From an uncultured Alphaproteobacteria bacterium (GTDB lineage: Bacteria > Pseudomonadota > Alphaproteobacteria > Bin95), in NCBI GenBank assembly GCA_937891825.1, contig CALAHN010000089.1, positions 56,308 through 120,307 on the forward strand: a stretch of DNA of 64,000 nucleotides, in the 5' to 3' direction. Positions 1-9,068 of this stretch are shown piece after piece; positions within the stretch are counted from its first letter, which is position 1; each line of letters opens with the position of its first letter. A program made the position numbers and the translations under genes. Under the pieces are notes generated by a model. The model was not told the DNA's origin. It searched no databases and was given only the letters and a program-made list of their open reading frames with translations.

Positions 1-252
1 TTCCTCGATGAAGGTCTCAGGCGTCTGGCTGACCCGCTCGATCGCGGCATAGGCGAAAGCTGTCATCGGCATCGTCGCCATGTCGAGCTTGTCGCCCTGG
101 CCGTTCCATTCGGCCGCCGAGGCCGCCGCGAGCGCGGCCGTCGGCAGGATCATCTCCATCCGGCCCGGCGTCCGGACCGGCCGCCCGTCGAGGCAAACGC
201 GATATCCGCTTTCGGCCGCCTCGACCGCAGCTTCCTTGAAGAACCGCTTCAT
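1..252 (-). CDS. ATP12 family ATPase assembly chaperone (5' part; runs off window edge)
   Basis: Manual translation MKRFFKEAAVEAAESGYRVCLDGRPVRTPGR...AAEWNGQGDKLDMATMPMT; KRF, LDGRPVRTP and EW..Q..MP motifs; ATG overlaps HAD stop (ATGA). Confidence 0.88.
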   Translation of the reverse strand, partial: MKRFFKEAAVEAAESGYRVCLDGRPVRTPGRMEMILPTAALAAASAAEWNGQGDKLDMATMPMTAFAYAAIERVSQTPETFIEE

Positions 253-923
253 CGCGCTTTCCCTATCAGCGTCAGCACGGCGGGCGCCACTTCGTCATAG
301 CGATGCAAAACAGCCTTGGCGCCATGCAGGGTCAATTCCTCCGGCGGATGATAACCCCAGGCGACGCCGAGGGCGTGCGCCCCGGCAGACCGCGCCATCG
401 CCATGTCATAGGCGGTGTCGCCCAGGACGACCGTGGTTTCAGGCGAAGCGGCCATTTCGGCGATGGCGTCGTTCAGAATGTGCGGGCTTGGCTTGCTCGG
501 TCCGTCATCCGCGGTTTTGAGGATCGCGAAATGGCCTTTGAGGCCGTGACGCTCCAACGTCTTCGCCAGACCGCGGCGGCCTTTGCCGGTTGCGACGCCG
601 AGCCTGATATCCGCCGCGGCCAGGTCCTCTAGCGCGGCGATGACGCCGGGGTAGAGCGGCTCCTCGAAGGCCGCGTCATGGGAGAATTCCAGAAACGCCG
701 TGCGGAAGCCGTCCACCAGCAGCGCCAGAAGCGCCGGCGACGCGGCGGGCGCCAGCGCCTGGAGGGCGTGCGGCAGGGCGAGGCCGACCGTTCGCCGGAT
801 CGCTTCGTCGTCCGGCCGCGGCAGCCCCTGCGCCCGCCACGATGCATCGACGGCGGCGATGATCCGGCGCTGGCTGTCGACCAGGGTGCCGTCGCAGTCG
901 AATATGGCGAGCCGCGTGCTCAT
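249..923 (-). CDS. HAD-IA family hydrolase (phosphoglycolate phosphatase-like)
   Basis: FDCDGTLVDS motif I, ATGK, SKPSP, GDTAYD. Confidence 0.9.
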   Translation of the reverse strand: MSTRLAIFDCDGTLVDSQRRIIAAVDASWRAQGLPRPDDEAIRRTVGLALPHALQALAPAASPALLALLVDGFRTAFLEFSHDAAFEEPLYPGVIAALEDLAAADIRLGVATGKGRRGLAKTLERHGLKGHFAILKTADDGPSKPSPHILNDAIAEMAASPETTVVLGDTAYDMAMARSAGAHALGVAWGYHPPEELTLHGAKAVLHRYDEVAPAVLTLIGKAR

Positions 924-1912
924 CGACCGGCCGCGAGGAACGGATCGGGCAGAGCGGCCGGGTCGAAGCCGAATGCGTCGAGCGCCGCCTTGAAAGCGTC
1001 GGACGGCTCCGCTTCGACAAAGAGGCGTCCCTTGCCGGAAGGGTGCGGCAGGTCGAGGCTGCGGGCATGCAGCAGCATCGCCTTGGGCAGTTCGAAACCT
1101 GGCAGGTAGGCGTCCTGGCCGCCGTATTTGCCGTCGCCCAGGATGGGATGGCCGATGGCCGCCATGTGCGCCCGTAACTGATGCGTGCGGCCCGTCAGCG
1201 GCAGGAGCGCCACGAGCGCCGCGAAGCGGCCGGCGCGCTCCAGCACCGCATAGTCGGTGATCGCGCGGTCGCCGTCGGGGTTGTCCCAGACCATGCGCTC
1301 GTGGCCCTTGCCGCCGCCCTTGGCGAGCGGCAGATCGATCGTGCCGGCAAGCGGGTTTGGCAGGCCGGCGACGATGGCCCAGTAGACCTTGCGGGCCGTT
1401 CGGTCCCGGAAGGCTTTCGCCAAGGCCGCCGCGCTCGCCGCTGTCTTGCCAAGCGCCAAAACGCCGGACGTATCCCGGTCCAGCCGGTGAACCAGCCGGG
1501 GCTTTTCGCTGTCCCCGGCCATCGCCGCCAGCAGACCGTCGACATGGCGCGTCGTGCCGCTGCCGCCCTGGCTCGCGAGGCCTTCGGGCTTGTTCAGCAC
1601 CAGGGCATAGTCGTCCTCGAAGATGATCGAACGCCGGATCAGCGCCGCATCGGCCTCCGAGATCGCCGGTTTCGGCCGCGGTTTCGGCGCGCTCTCCGGG
1701 TTGGGAGCGCCCAGGGGCGGGACGCGCACGCTCTGGCCGGCTTCAAGCCGGTCGGCGGGCTTCGCGCGCTTGCCGTCGATGCGCACCTGGCCGGAGCGGG
1801 TCAGTTTCTGCAGCCGGGATTGCGGCAGGGCGGGGTAATGCCGCTTGAACCAGCGGTCGAGCCGGACCCCAGCTTCATCCTCGTTGACTTGAACCGTCGT
1901 AACGCCTGTCAT
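920..1912 (-). CDS. RluA/RluC family pseudouridine synthase with S4 domain
   Basis: RLDRWF S4 start, NKPEGLASQGG, VHRLDRDTSG catalytic motif, TGRTHQLR; start moved to ATG 1912, overlapping crcB stop. Confidence 0.93.
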   Translation of the reverse strand: MTGVTTVQVNEDEAGVRLDRWFKRHYPALPQSRLQKLTRSGQVRIDGKRAKPADRLEAGQSVRVPPLGAPNPESAPKPRPKPAISEADAALIRRSIIFEDDYALVLNKPEGLASQGGSGTTRHVDGLLAAMAGDSEKPRLVHRLDRDTSGVLALGKTAASAAALAKAFRDRTARKVYWAIVAGLPNPLAGTIDLPLAKGGGKGHERMVWDNPDGDRAITDYAVLERAGRFAALVALLPLTGRTHQLRAHMAAIGHPILGDGKYGGQDAYLPGFELPKAMLLHARSLDLPHPSGKGRLFVEAEPSDAFKAALDAFGFDPAALPDPFLAAGR

Positions 1913-2298
1913 GCAAACCCCCGGGCCACGCGGAGGCCAATCAAGAAACCCGCGAACGCGATGACGACCGACGCCATGACATAACCGAAGGCGGCCAAAA
2001 GGTCGCCCCGCTGCCAGAGCGCGATCGCATCCAGTGAAAATGTCGAAAAGGTCGTGAAGCCGCCAAGCACGCCGACGCCGAGCAACAGCCGCGCATTCTC
2101 CGCCTGGCGCCCGTCGCCCAGGAGCCCGTGCGCCATGGCGCCGACCAGGAGGCCCATGGCGAGCGATCCCGCGACATTGCAGAGCAACGTGCCCCAGGGG
2201 AAGCCAAGCCCCAGCAAGCGGCTGGCCGCCAGCCCGACGCCATAGCGGAGCCCGGCCCCGAGCCCGCCGCCAGCCATCACCAGGAGAACGCCGGTCAT
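1909..2298 (-). CDS. crcB: Fluoride efflux channel CrcB/FluC
   Basis: GGGLGAGLRY, FPWGTL..N, GGFTTFSTF. Confidence 0.95.
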   Translation of the reverse strand: MTGVLLVMAGGGLGAGLRYGVGLAASRLLGLGFPWGTLLCNVAGSLAMGLLVGAMAHGLLGDGRQAENARLLLGVGVLGGFTTFSTFSLDAIALWQRGDLLAAFGYVMASVVIAFAGFLIGLRVARGFA

Positions 2299-3611
2299 GC
2301 GCCTGAACCGCCCGCGCGCTCGGAGCGGAGCTTCGCCCAATAGGCCAGGCGCTTCTGGGCCTCGCGCTCGAAGCCGCGTTCGACGGGGCGATAGAACTGT
2401 TCGCGCGCCATGCCGTCGGGGAAATAGTTCTGACCGGAGAAGCCGTCCTCAGTGCTATGGTCGTAGGCATAGCCGTCGCTATAGCCAAGGTCTTTCATGA
2501 GCTTCGTCGGCGCGTTCAGGATGTGCTTGGGCGGCATCAGGGAGCCGGTTTGCTTGGCGGCGCGCATCGCTTCGCCGAACGCCTTGTAGACCGCATTGGA
2601 TTTCGGCGCGATGGCGAGATAGACCACGGCCTCGGCGATGGCGAGTTCGCCCTCGGGCGATCCGATCCGCTCGAAATGCTCCCAGGCCGCGAGCGCCAGC
2701 GGCAGCGCCTGCGGATCGGCGAGGCCGACGTCTTCAGCGGCGAAGCGCGCGACCCGTCTTGCGATATAGCGGGGGTCTTCGCCGCCGGTCAGCATTCGCG
2801 CCAGCCAGTAGAGCGCGGCGTCGGGGTCGGAGCCGCGCATCGATTTGTGCAGGGCCGAAATCAGATTGTAGTGCCCTTCCTGGGCCTTGTCGTAGATCGG
2901 CGCGCGCTTTTGCGCGACCACGGAAAGGGCCGCGACATCCAGCACCGGCTCCGCCGGCATGCGGACCAGTTCGTCCGCCAGGTTCAGGAGATAGCGCCCG
3001 TCGCCGTCCGCCATCGCCTTCAGCGCCTGACGGGCGCCGGCATCGAGCGGCAGCGGCCGGCCGGCGTCCGCTTCCGCGCGCGCGATCAGGCGCTCCAGCG
3101 CCGCGTCGTCCAGGCGCGACAGCACCAGCACCTGACAGCGGGAGAGCAGGGCGGCGTTCAACTCGAACGACGGGTTCTCGGTCGTCGCGCCGACCAGAAC
3201 GACGACGCCTTCCTCGACATAGGGCAGGAAGCCGTCCTGCTGCGCCCTGTTGAAGCGATGGATTTCGTCGACGAACAGCAATGTGCCGCGCCCCATCTCC
3301 CGGCGGCGCTTGGCTTCCTCGAAGGCTTTGCGCAAATCCGCGACCCCGGAGAAGACCGCCGACAGGGATACGAACTCCAGATCGACGGCGCCGGCGAGCA
3401 GGCGGGCGATCGTCGTCTTGCCGCAACCGGGCGGGCCCCAGAGGATCAGCGACGCGAGGCGGCGTTCCTGGAGCATGCGGCGGAGCGGCGCGGCCGGCCC
3501 GAGCACGCCATCCTGGCCGACGACCTCGTCCAGGGTCTTCGGGCGAAGCCGGTCCGCGAGCGGCCGCGGCGCGGCTTTCTCCAGTCCGGCTGCTTCAAAT
3601 AATGAGGCCAT
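2295..3611 (-). CDS. rarA: Replication-associated recombination protein A (AAA+)
   Basis: PLADRLRP, GPPGCGKTT, DEIHRFN, ATTENPSF, SALHKSMRGSD. Confidence 0.96.
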   Translation of the reverse strand: MASLFEAAGLEKAAPRPLADRLRPKTLDEVVGQDGVLGPAAPLRRMLQERRLASLILWGPPGCGKTTIARLLAGAVDLEFVSLSAVFSGVADLRKAFEEAKRRREMGRGTLLFVDEIHRFNRAQQDGFLPYVEEGVVVLVGATTENPSFELNAALLSRCQVLVLSRLDDAALERLIARAEADAGRPLPLDAGARQALKAMADGDGRYLLNLADELVRMPAEPVLDVAALSVVAQKRAPIYDKAQEGHYNLISALHKSMRGSDPDAALYWLARMLTGGEDPRYIARRVARFAAEDVGLADPQALPLALAAWEHFERIGSPEGELAIAEAVVYLAIAPKSNAVYKAFGEAMRAAKQTGSLMPPKHILNAPTKLMKDLGYSDGYAYDHSTEDGFSGQNYFPDGMAREQFYRPVERGFEREAQKRLAYWAKLRSERAGGSGA

Positions 3612-5026
3612 CAGCCGATTTCGAGCGCCAGGCGCCGGTCGCCGCGAAGGACGACGATCTTCCAGCGCCGCGGCCGCTCATCGATGGCCCTGAGCGCATC
3701 GTCGACCAGGCTGATCTCCCGCCCGTTGATAGTCTCGATCACGTCGCCGGGCCTAAGCCCGAGGCGGCGGGCGTAGCCGTTGGCTTTCAGGCGGAGGACC
3801 ACGACCCCGTCGCCCTTGATCTCCATGCCCAGTTCTTCCTTCAGGGCCGGGGAGAGGTTGGCGATTTCCGCCCCGTCGAGCGGCGATTCGGCGTCGATCT
3901 GCGTCGTATTGCGCGGCGGGATCTCCGGCGGCGGCTCCAGGAGCGGGGCGGCCCGATAGATCCGTCCGTTCCGCCAGTACTCGATGCCGACCCGGTCGCC
4001 GATGGTCTTGGTGGAGACGCGGAAGCGCAATTCCAACGGATCGCCGACGGGGCGGCCATCGACCGCCAGCACGACGTCGCCTTGCTTCAGGCCAGCTTCC
4101 GCCAATGCGCCATTCGGATCGACCCCATCCAGCAGGACGCCGCGCGGCGGCGAAAGCCCGAGCGCCGCCCCCAGATCCGCCGTCACTTCCTGGCCGTGCG
4201 CGCCGAGCCAGGGACGAACGACGCGCTGGCCGGTCCGGGCCGCTTCGACCATGCGGGCGACGAGGCTGGCGGGGATGGCGAAGCCAATGCCCATGCTGCC
4301 GCCGCTATTGGAGTAGATCGCGGTGTTCACGCCGACGACCTCGCCGTTCATGTCGATCAGGGCGCCGCCGGAATTGCCTGGATTGATGGCGGCGTCGGTC
4401 TGAATGAAGACGCCGAAATCCGTGAGCCCCGGACGCGAGCGCGCCAGGGCCGAGACGATGCCGCTGGTGACGGTCTGGCCGACGCCGAAGGGATTGCCGA
4501 TCGCCAGCACCAGATCGCCGACTTCAACGGAATCCGGCGCCGCGATGACGGCTGATGGAATGCGGGCGCCGGCGGTATCGATCCTCAGAACGGCCAGGTC
4601 GGCGCGATCGTCGGACTGGACGATGGTCGCCTCGAACTCGCGCCGATCGTTCAGAACGACGCGGATCTCGTCGGCGCCTTCGATGACGTGATGGTTGGTG
4701 ACGACGAGCCCGCTTGGATCGACGATGACGCCGGACCCGAGCGAGCTTTCCGTCCGTTCCCGTTCGCCGCCCAGGGCATCGCCGAAGAAGCGCCGGAAAA
4801 ACGGATCGTTGAAGAGCGGCGAGACCCGGCGCTGCCGCACCTTGGTGCGCGTGAAGATGTTGACGATCGCCGGCGCCACGTCGCGCACCAGCGGCGCGAA
4901 GGATAACTGCACCTGTTCCCGGCTTTCGGGCAGGACGCGCGTTTCCGCTTCGACCGGAAGCGGCGCGCCGGTCAGACCGAGCGCTCCGATCATCCAGGCG
5001 ACGGCGCATATGAGGGGACGTTTCAT
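3611..5026 (-). CDS. Do/DegQ family periplasmic serine endoprotease with two PDZ domains
   Basis: Signal peptide, SLGSGVI, TNHHVI, DAAINPGNSGG. Confidence 0.95.
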   Translation of the reverse strand: MKRPLICAVAWMIGALGLTGAPLPVEAETRVLPESREQVQLSFAPLVRDVAPAIVNIFTRTKVRQRRVSPLFNDPFFRRFFGDALGGERERTESSLGSGVIVDPSGLVVTNHHVIEGADEIRVVLNDRREFEATIVQSDDRADLAVLRIDTAGARIPSAVIAAPDSVEVGDLVLAIGNPFGVGQTVTSGIVSALARSRPGLTDFGVFIQTDAAINPGNSGGALIDMNGEVVGVNTAIYSNSGGSMGIGFAIPASLVARMVEAARTGQRVVRPWLGAHGQEVTADLGAALGLSPPRGVLLDGVDPNGALAEAGLKQGDVVLAVDGRPVGDPLELRFRVSTKTIGDRVGIEYWRNGRIYRAAPLLEPPPEIPPRNTTQIDAESPLDGAEIANLSPALKEELGMEIKGDGVVVLRLKANGYARRLGLRPGDVIETINGREISLVDDALRAIDERPRRWKIVVLRGDRRLALEIG

Positions 5027-5083
5027 GGCCTCACCCTATTCGATATTGCATCCGATGGAGATAGGCCCGATTGCGGGACCGCG

Positions 5084-6313
5084 CTACCCGGCAGCGTGCG
5101 CAAGCGGACTCATCGGCTCCGCCTCGATATGTGACGCTCGGAGCGCCGCGACAATCCGGTCCAGATGCTCGCGGCCCTCGGTCTCCAGCACGAAGTCGAT
5201 CTGGGTCGCTTTGATCGGCACGTCGAACGACAGGCGCTCATGCCGGACTTCCAGCACATTGCCGCCTTGCTCGGCGATGATGCGGGTCGTCAGCGCCAGC
5301 GATCCCGGCTGGTCGGGGGCCTCGACCCTGAGACGGACGATCCGTCGCTCGCGGGCCAGGCCGCGCAACAGCGCCTGGGCCAGGATGAAGCTATCGATAT
5401 TGCCGCCGGAAAGGATGAGGCAGACCCGCCTGCCAGTGAAGCGCTCGGGCTCCGCCATCACGGCCGCGAGCGCCGCGGCGCCAGCGCCCTCGGCGACGGT
5501 TTTCTCGATCTCCGCCAGGGTTTCGACCGCAATCTCCAGATGCGCCTCATCGACAAGGACGATCCTGTCGGCGCGGTCCCGGATAATCGGCAGCGTCAGC
5601 TTGCCGGGCGCCTTTACCGCGATGCCTTCCGCGAGCGTCGGCGCCGGCGCCGGCGCCGCGCGGTTTTCCAGCGCCGCCAACATGGACGGATAGTGCGCCG
5701 CCTCAACCCCGGTCAGCCGCGCGGCGGGCATGGCCTCCTGCAAGGCGACAGCGATGCCGGCGAACAGGCCGCCGCCGCCGATCGGGATCACGACGTCATC
5801 GAACGGAACGCCGCGCTCCGCTAGTTCCAGGCCGATCGTGCCCTGGCCGGCGATCACATGGGGATCGTCATAGGGATGGATGAATGTGGCGTTCCGCTCC
5901 TGCTCGAGACGGCGGGCGACGACGCCGGCCTCCTCAAGCGAGGCGCCCTCCAGGATCGCTTCGGCGCCGAAACGCCGGACGCCGGCGACCTTGGTATAGG
6001 GCGTGAATGCCGGCATGACGATCGCCGCCGGCGCCCCAAGGCGGCTGGCATGGTAGGCCACGCCCTGCGCGTGATTGCCGGCCGAGGCCGCGACGACGCC
6101 GCGCTTGCGCGCCGCTTCGGACAGGGAGAGCAGCTTGAACAAGCTGCCGCGGTCCTTGAACGAGGCCGTATATTGCAGGTTCTCGAACTTCAGCCAGATT
6201 TCAGCCCCGAACATCGCGGAGAGCGTGCGCGAGCAGGTCAGCGGCGTGTCGACGATCTGTCCCCGAATCGCCGCCGCGGCTTCACGGACGAAGGCCGGCG
6301 AAATCTCGATCAA
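5084..6313 (-). CDS. ilvA: Threonine ammonia-lyase, medium form with C-terminal ACT domain
   Basis: ENLQYTASFKDRG PLP lysine, SAGNHAQG, GGGGL, SGGNID; DQPGSL ACT; TTG start. Confidence 0.9.
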   Translation of the reverse strand: MIEISPAFVREAAAAIRGQIVDTPLTCSRTLSAMFGAEIWLKFENLQYTASFKDRGSLFKLLSLSEAARKRGVVAASAGNHAQGVAYHASRLGAPAAIVMPAFTPYTKVAGVRRFGAEAILEGASLEEAGVVARRLEQERNATFIHPYDDPHVIAGQGTIGLELAERGVPFDDVVIPIGGGGLFAGIAVALQEAMPAARLTGVEAAHYPSMLAALENRAAPAPAPTLAEGIAVKAPGKLTLPIIRDRADRIVLVDEAHLEIAVETLAEIEKTVAEGAGAAALAAVMAEPERFTGRRVCLILSGGNIDSFILAQALLRGLARERRIVRLRVEAPDQPGSLALTTRIIAEQGGNVLEVRHERLSFDVPIKATQIDFVLETEGREHLDRIVAALRASHIEAEPMSPLAHAAG

Positions 6314-6315
6314 AA

Positions 6316-6672
6316 CTACAGCACCCCCAACAGACGGCCCGGAGCGAGCGCGAACAGAAAGGCGGCGATCAACCCCACACAGGTTCCGAGCATCGCATAT
6401 CGATGGCTGTCGATCTTCCCCTTTCTGACGGCGACGACTGCGTAGACCAGCGAGACTAGGGTAATGACGGATAGAATGTGGATCGGGCTCCAGCGGTCGC
6501 CATTGATTCCGGTGATCCAGAAGCTGGTGGTCGCGACAATGGTCATCAGCCCGACCCAGACTTTGCCCAGCTTGCGATGCAAGCGATCGCCCTTCGGACG
6601 AAATGCCATAATTGCCGCGATTGGCAGCGCGAAACTGGCCGCAGCCAGATGGACCAGGATGATAGGGCTCAT
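6316..6672 (-). CDS. DUF2306-like small membrane protein
   Basis: KGDRLHRKLGKVW, SPIHILS, HRYAM, PGRL; four hydrophobic segments. Confidence 0.75.
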   Translation of the reverse strand: MSPIILVHLAAASFALPIAAIMAFRPKGDRLHRKLGKVWVGLMTIVATTSFWITGINGDRWSPIHILSVITLVSLVYAVVAVRKGKIDSHRYAMLGTCVGLIAAFLFALAPGRLLGVL

Positions 6673-9068
6673 CGTTGCGCCGGACTGGTACGCAGCGTCA
6701 GCCGGTGCGCCGGGGTCTGGAGCGGCGCGAGCGCGCTATACCGGCCGTCCCGCCAGTTCTCCGCCATGCTCGAGCGGTTCGGCGAGAACAGGCGGCCGCT
6801 CTGGCCGGGGCCTGCGATCATCCGGGCGGCTTCCAGGTCGGCCAGATCGAAGATCGCGCGGAAGCTCGGCCCATGGCCCTGGCCGAATGGGTCCGCGCCG
6901 TCGGCGATGCGAAAGGCGGCGCGGTTGACGGTTTCCTGGGCGCCGGGCGCCGGCAGGCGGATATCGAAGATCCGGTTGAGCACGGGAATGAAACCGAAAG
7001 CCATATGCCGAAACCTTGCCTGATGGGCGTCGCCCCAATGCCAGCCTTGCGGGTCGTCGCCATAATTTTTACGAAGCCAGACATGGGCGCGCGTCAGGCT
7101 CTCGGCCAGAGCCGTCGCGCAGGTTTCAACGCTGTCCGTCGCAACGTCGTCGCACCAGACCGGCCGCCTGGTCAGGATACGGGCGAGCGGCTCTGCCCGA
7201 AGGCTGTTCCAGTCCTCGAATGCTTCCTGCATTTCATCGGCGAAGATCGTGCGCATGGCTTCCCGCATCCAGGCGAAGAAGATCAGCGGCTCCGCCGCCG
7301 CCATGGGCGTCGCGCCGTCCCAGGCCCGCAGGGCTGCGGCCAACGGCGCGTCGGCCTGGCGGAGCGGGGCTTCGTCGAGGGTCGCCAGCATGAGCGGCAG
7401 GAGGTCCCGGGCGATCGGCGACGCATTGTCGAACTGCAGGGCCTGCATGGCGTCCGCATCGGCGCCGCCGCCTGCCGCCGCCATGGCCTGGAGGGCTTGC
7501 TCGATCACGGCAAAGCGGCCTGGATAGCCCCATTCCCGACCGAGCGGGATCGGGTAATCGGAAGGCGCGAGCTGGTTATTGGCGTTCGCGACCCACCCTT
7601 GGGCCGGCTGGAAGGTCTGGGGCATCGTGTCGACATCGGCGAAACCGACCCAATCCCCGGCCGCGCCAGCGCCATCGGCGGGCATATAGCCGTCGCCGCT
7701 GCGCCGGATCGGCATCAGGCCGCCGACCGCCATGCCGACGCCGTCCGGCCCGGCGTAGAAGATATTCTGCTGCGGTCCCCGCGTCAGGCGGGCGGCGACG
7801 ATGACGTCCGTCCAGGTCCGCGCCCGATTGATCCGATAGAGCGTTTCCGCCGACCGCTCGCCTTCGAGGAAGCCCGTATGCGCCAATGCCAGCAAGGGCC
7901 CATCGTCGTCGGCCGGCGTGATGATCGGTCCATGGCGGGTCGTCAGGACCGTCAAGGTCCGGTCCGCGCCGAACCGGACGCGAATGGTCTCGGCGCGCCG
8001 TTCGAACGGGCGCGGCCCGTCGGGCGTCAGATACGCGTCTCTGTCCGATGGATCGACGGTCTCGACATAGAGATCACTCGTGTCGGTCGCGGCATTGGTG
8101 AGGCCCCAGGCGACATGGCCGTTGTGGCCCAGCACCATGGCCGGGACGCCGGGCGCCGTCGCGCCGGCGAGCAGCAAGCCGGGCGCTTCAAGCCGCACGA
8201 GATGCCAGACGCCGGGCGTCGTCAGGCCGAGATGCGGATCGTTGGCGAGCAGCGCATGGCCGCTCGCCGACAGCCGCCCGTCGAGGGCCCAGGCGTTAGA
8301 GCCATCCTCTGGATTGACCAGGTCCGCGAGGCCTGCCGCCGCATCGAGCACCGATTGCGGCGGAGCGGGCACGCTGACGGCGAGGCCAGCTTGATCCTCC
8401 GGCCAGAGGTCCGCCAATTGGTCCGGCGTCAGCACCCGCCCAAGCCTGAGGCGCATCAACTCCGATCCCCAATTGCCGACGAGGCGAAGCGCCATCAGCC
8501 GGTTCCAGGCGAGCGAGTCCGGGATGGTCCAGGGTTCGGGTTCGCCCGCCAGCAAGAGCGTAAGTTCGTCGGCGGCGACGCCCTTCCGCGTCTTGAGCCA
8601 GGTGTTCACGCCGTCGCGGTACCGCTCATAGACGGCGCGGACTTCGGGCGGCAGATGGGCGACGTCTCCAGCCGCGAGGCGGGCGAGACCGAGGCGCCGC
8701 ATGCGCTGGTCGATCGCAAGCCCCGGCTTTCCCATGATCTCGGAAAGTCGGCCGCCCGCGATCCGGCGCATGGCGTCCATCTGAAAGAACCGGTCCTGGG
8801 CATGGACGAAGCCTAGCGCGAAATAGGCGTCGCCCTCGCTTTCGGCCTTGATGTGGACAATGCCGAGCGCGTCCCGATCAATCGTCGCGACCGCCTGCAG
8901 GCCCGGCGTCAGGCGTTCGCCATCAAGCTCCGGCTGACCGAGCCAGACCCTGGCGACCAGGACCCCGACAATCAGCGCCGGCGCCAGGACGATCAGGGCG
9001 AGGGCGATGCCCAGATAGCGGGCGATGCGCCAGGGGCGCAAGCGACGGCGGCGGCCCGTCGCCGTCAT
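6669..9068 (-). CDS. Penicillin acylase (peptidase S45, Ntn hydrolase) family protein
   Basis: N-terminal TM anchor, GFVHAQDRFFQMD, GSNAW (nucleophile Ser), ANDPHL, GQSG. Confidence 0.93.
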   Translation of the reverse strand: MTATGRRRRLRPWRIARYLGIALALIVLAPALIVGVLVARVWLGQPELDGERLTPGLQAVATIDRDALGIVHIKAESEGDAYFALGFVHAQDRFFQMDAMRRIAGGRLSEIMGKPGLAIDQRMRRLGLARLAAGDVAHLPPEVRAVYERYRDGVNTWLKTRKGVAADELTLLLAGEPEPWTIPDSLAWNRLMALRLVGNWGSELMRLRLGRVLTPDQLADLWPEDQAGLAVSVPAPPQSVLDAAAGLADLVNPEDGSNAWALDGRLSASGHALLANDPHLGLTTPGVWHLVRLEAPGLLLAGATAPGVPAMVLGHNGHVAWGLTNAATDTSDLYVETVDPSDRDAYLTPDGPRPFERRAETIRVRFGADRTLTVLTTRHGPIITPADDDGPLLALAHTGFLEGERSAETLYRINRARTWTDVIVAARLTRGPQQNIFYAGPDGVGMAVGGLMPIRRSGDGYMPADGAGAAGDWVGFADVDTMPQTFQPAQGWVANANNQLAPSDYPIPLGREWGYPGRFAVIEQALQAMAAAGGGADADAMQALQFDNASPIARDLLPLMLATLDEAPLRQADAPLAAALRAWDGATPMAAAEPLIFFAWMREAMRTIFADEMQEAFEDWNSLRAEPLARILTRRPVWCDDVATDSVETCATALAESLTRAHVWLRKNYGDDPQGWHWGDAHQARFRHMAFGFIPVLNRIFDIRLPAPGAQETVNRAAFRIADGADPFGQGHGPSFRAIFDLADLEAARMIAGPGQSGRLFSPNRSSMAENWRDGRYSALAPLQTPAHRLTLRTSPAQR

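Noticed and set aside
2280-2400. Fluoride riboswitch ahead of crcB
   Set aside because: The crcB start overlaps the rarA stop; there is no leader or aptamer motif.
920-2488. Apparent 522-aa extended pseudouridine synthase
   Set aside because: The extension overlaps crcB and rarA in another frame; the likely start is ATG 1912.
6675-8816. Long antisense ORFs (e.g. 6675-8816, 23413-25572, 49466-51511, 57143-59263, 60845-62992)
   Set aside because: Shadow frames of well-supported genes, expected in high-GC DNA; no motifs.
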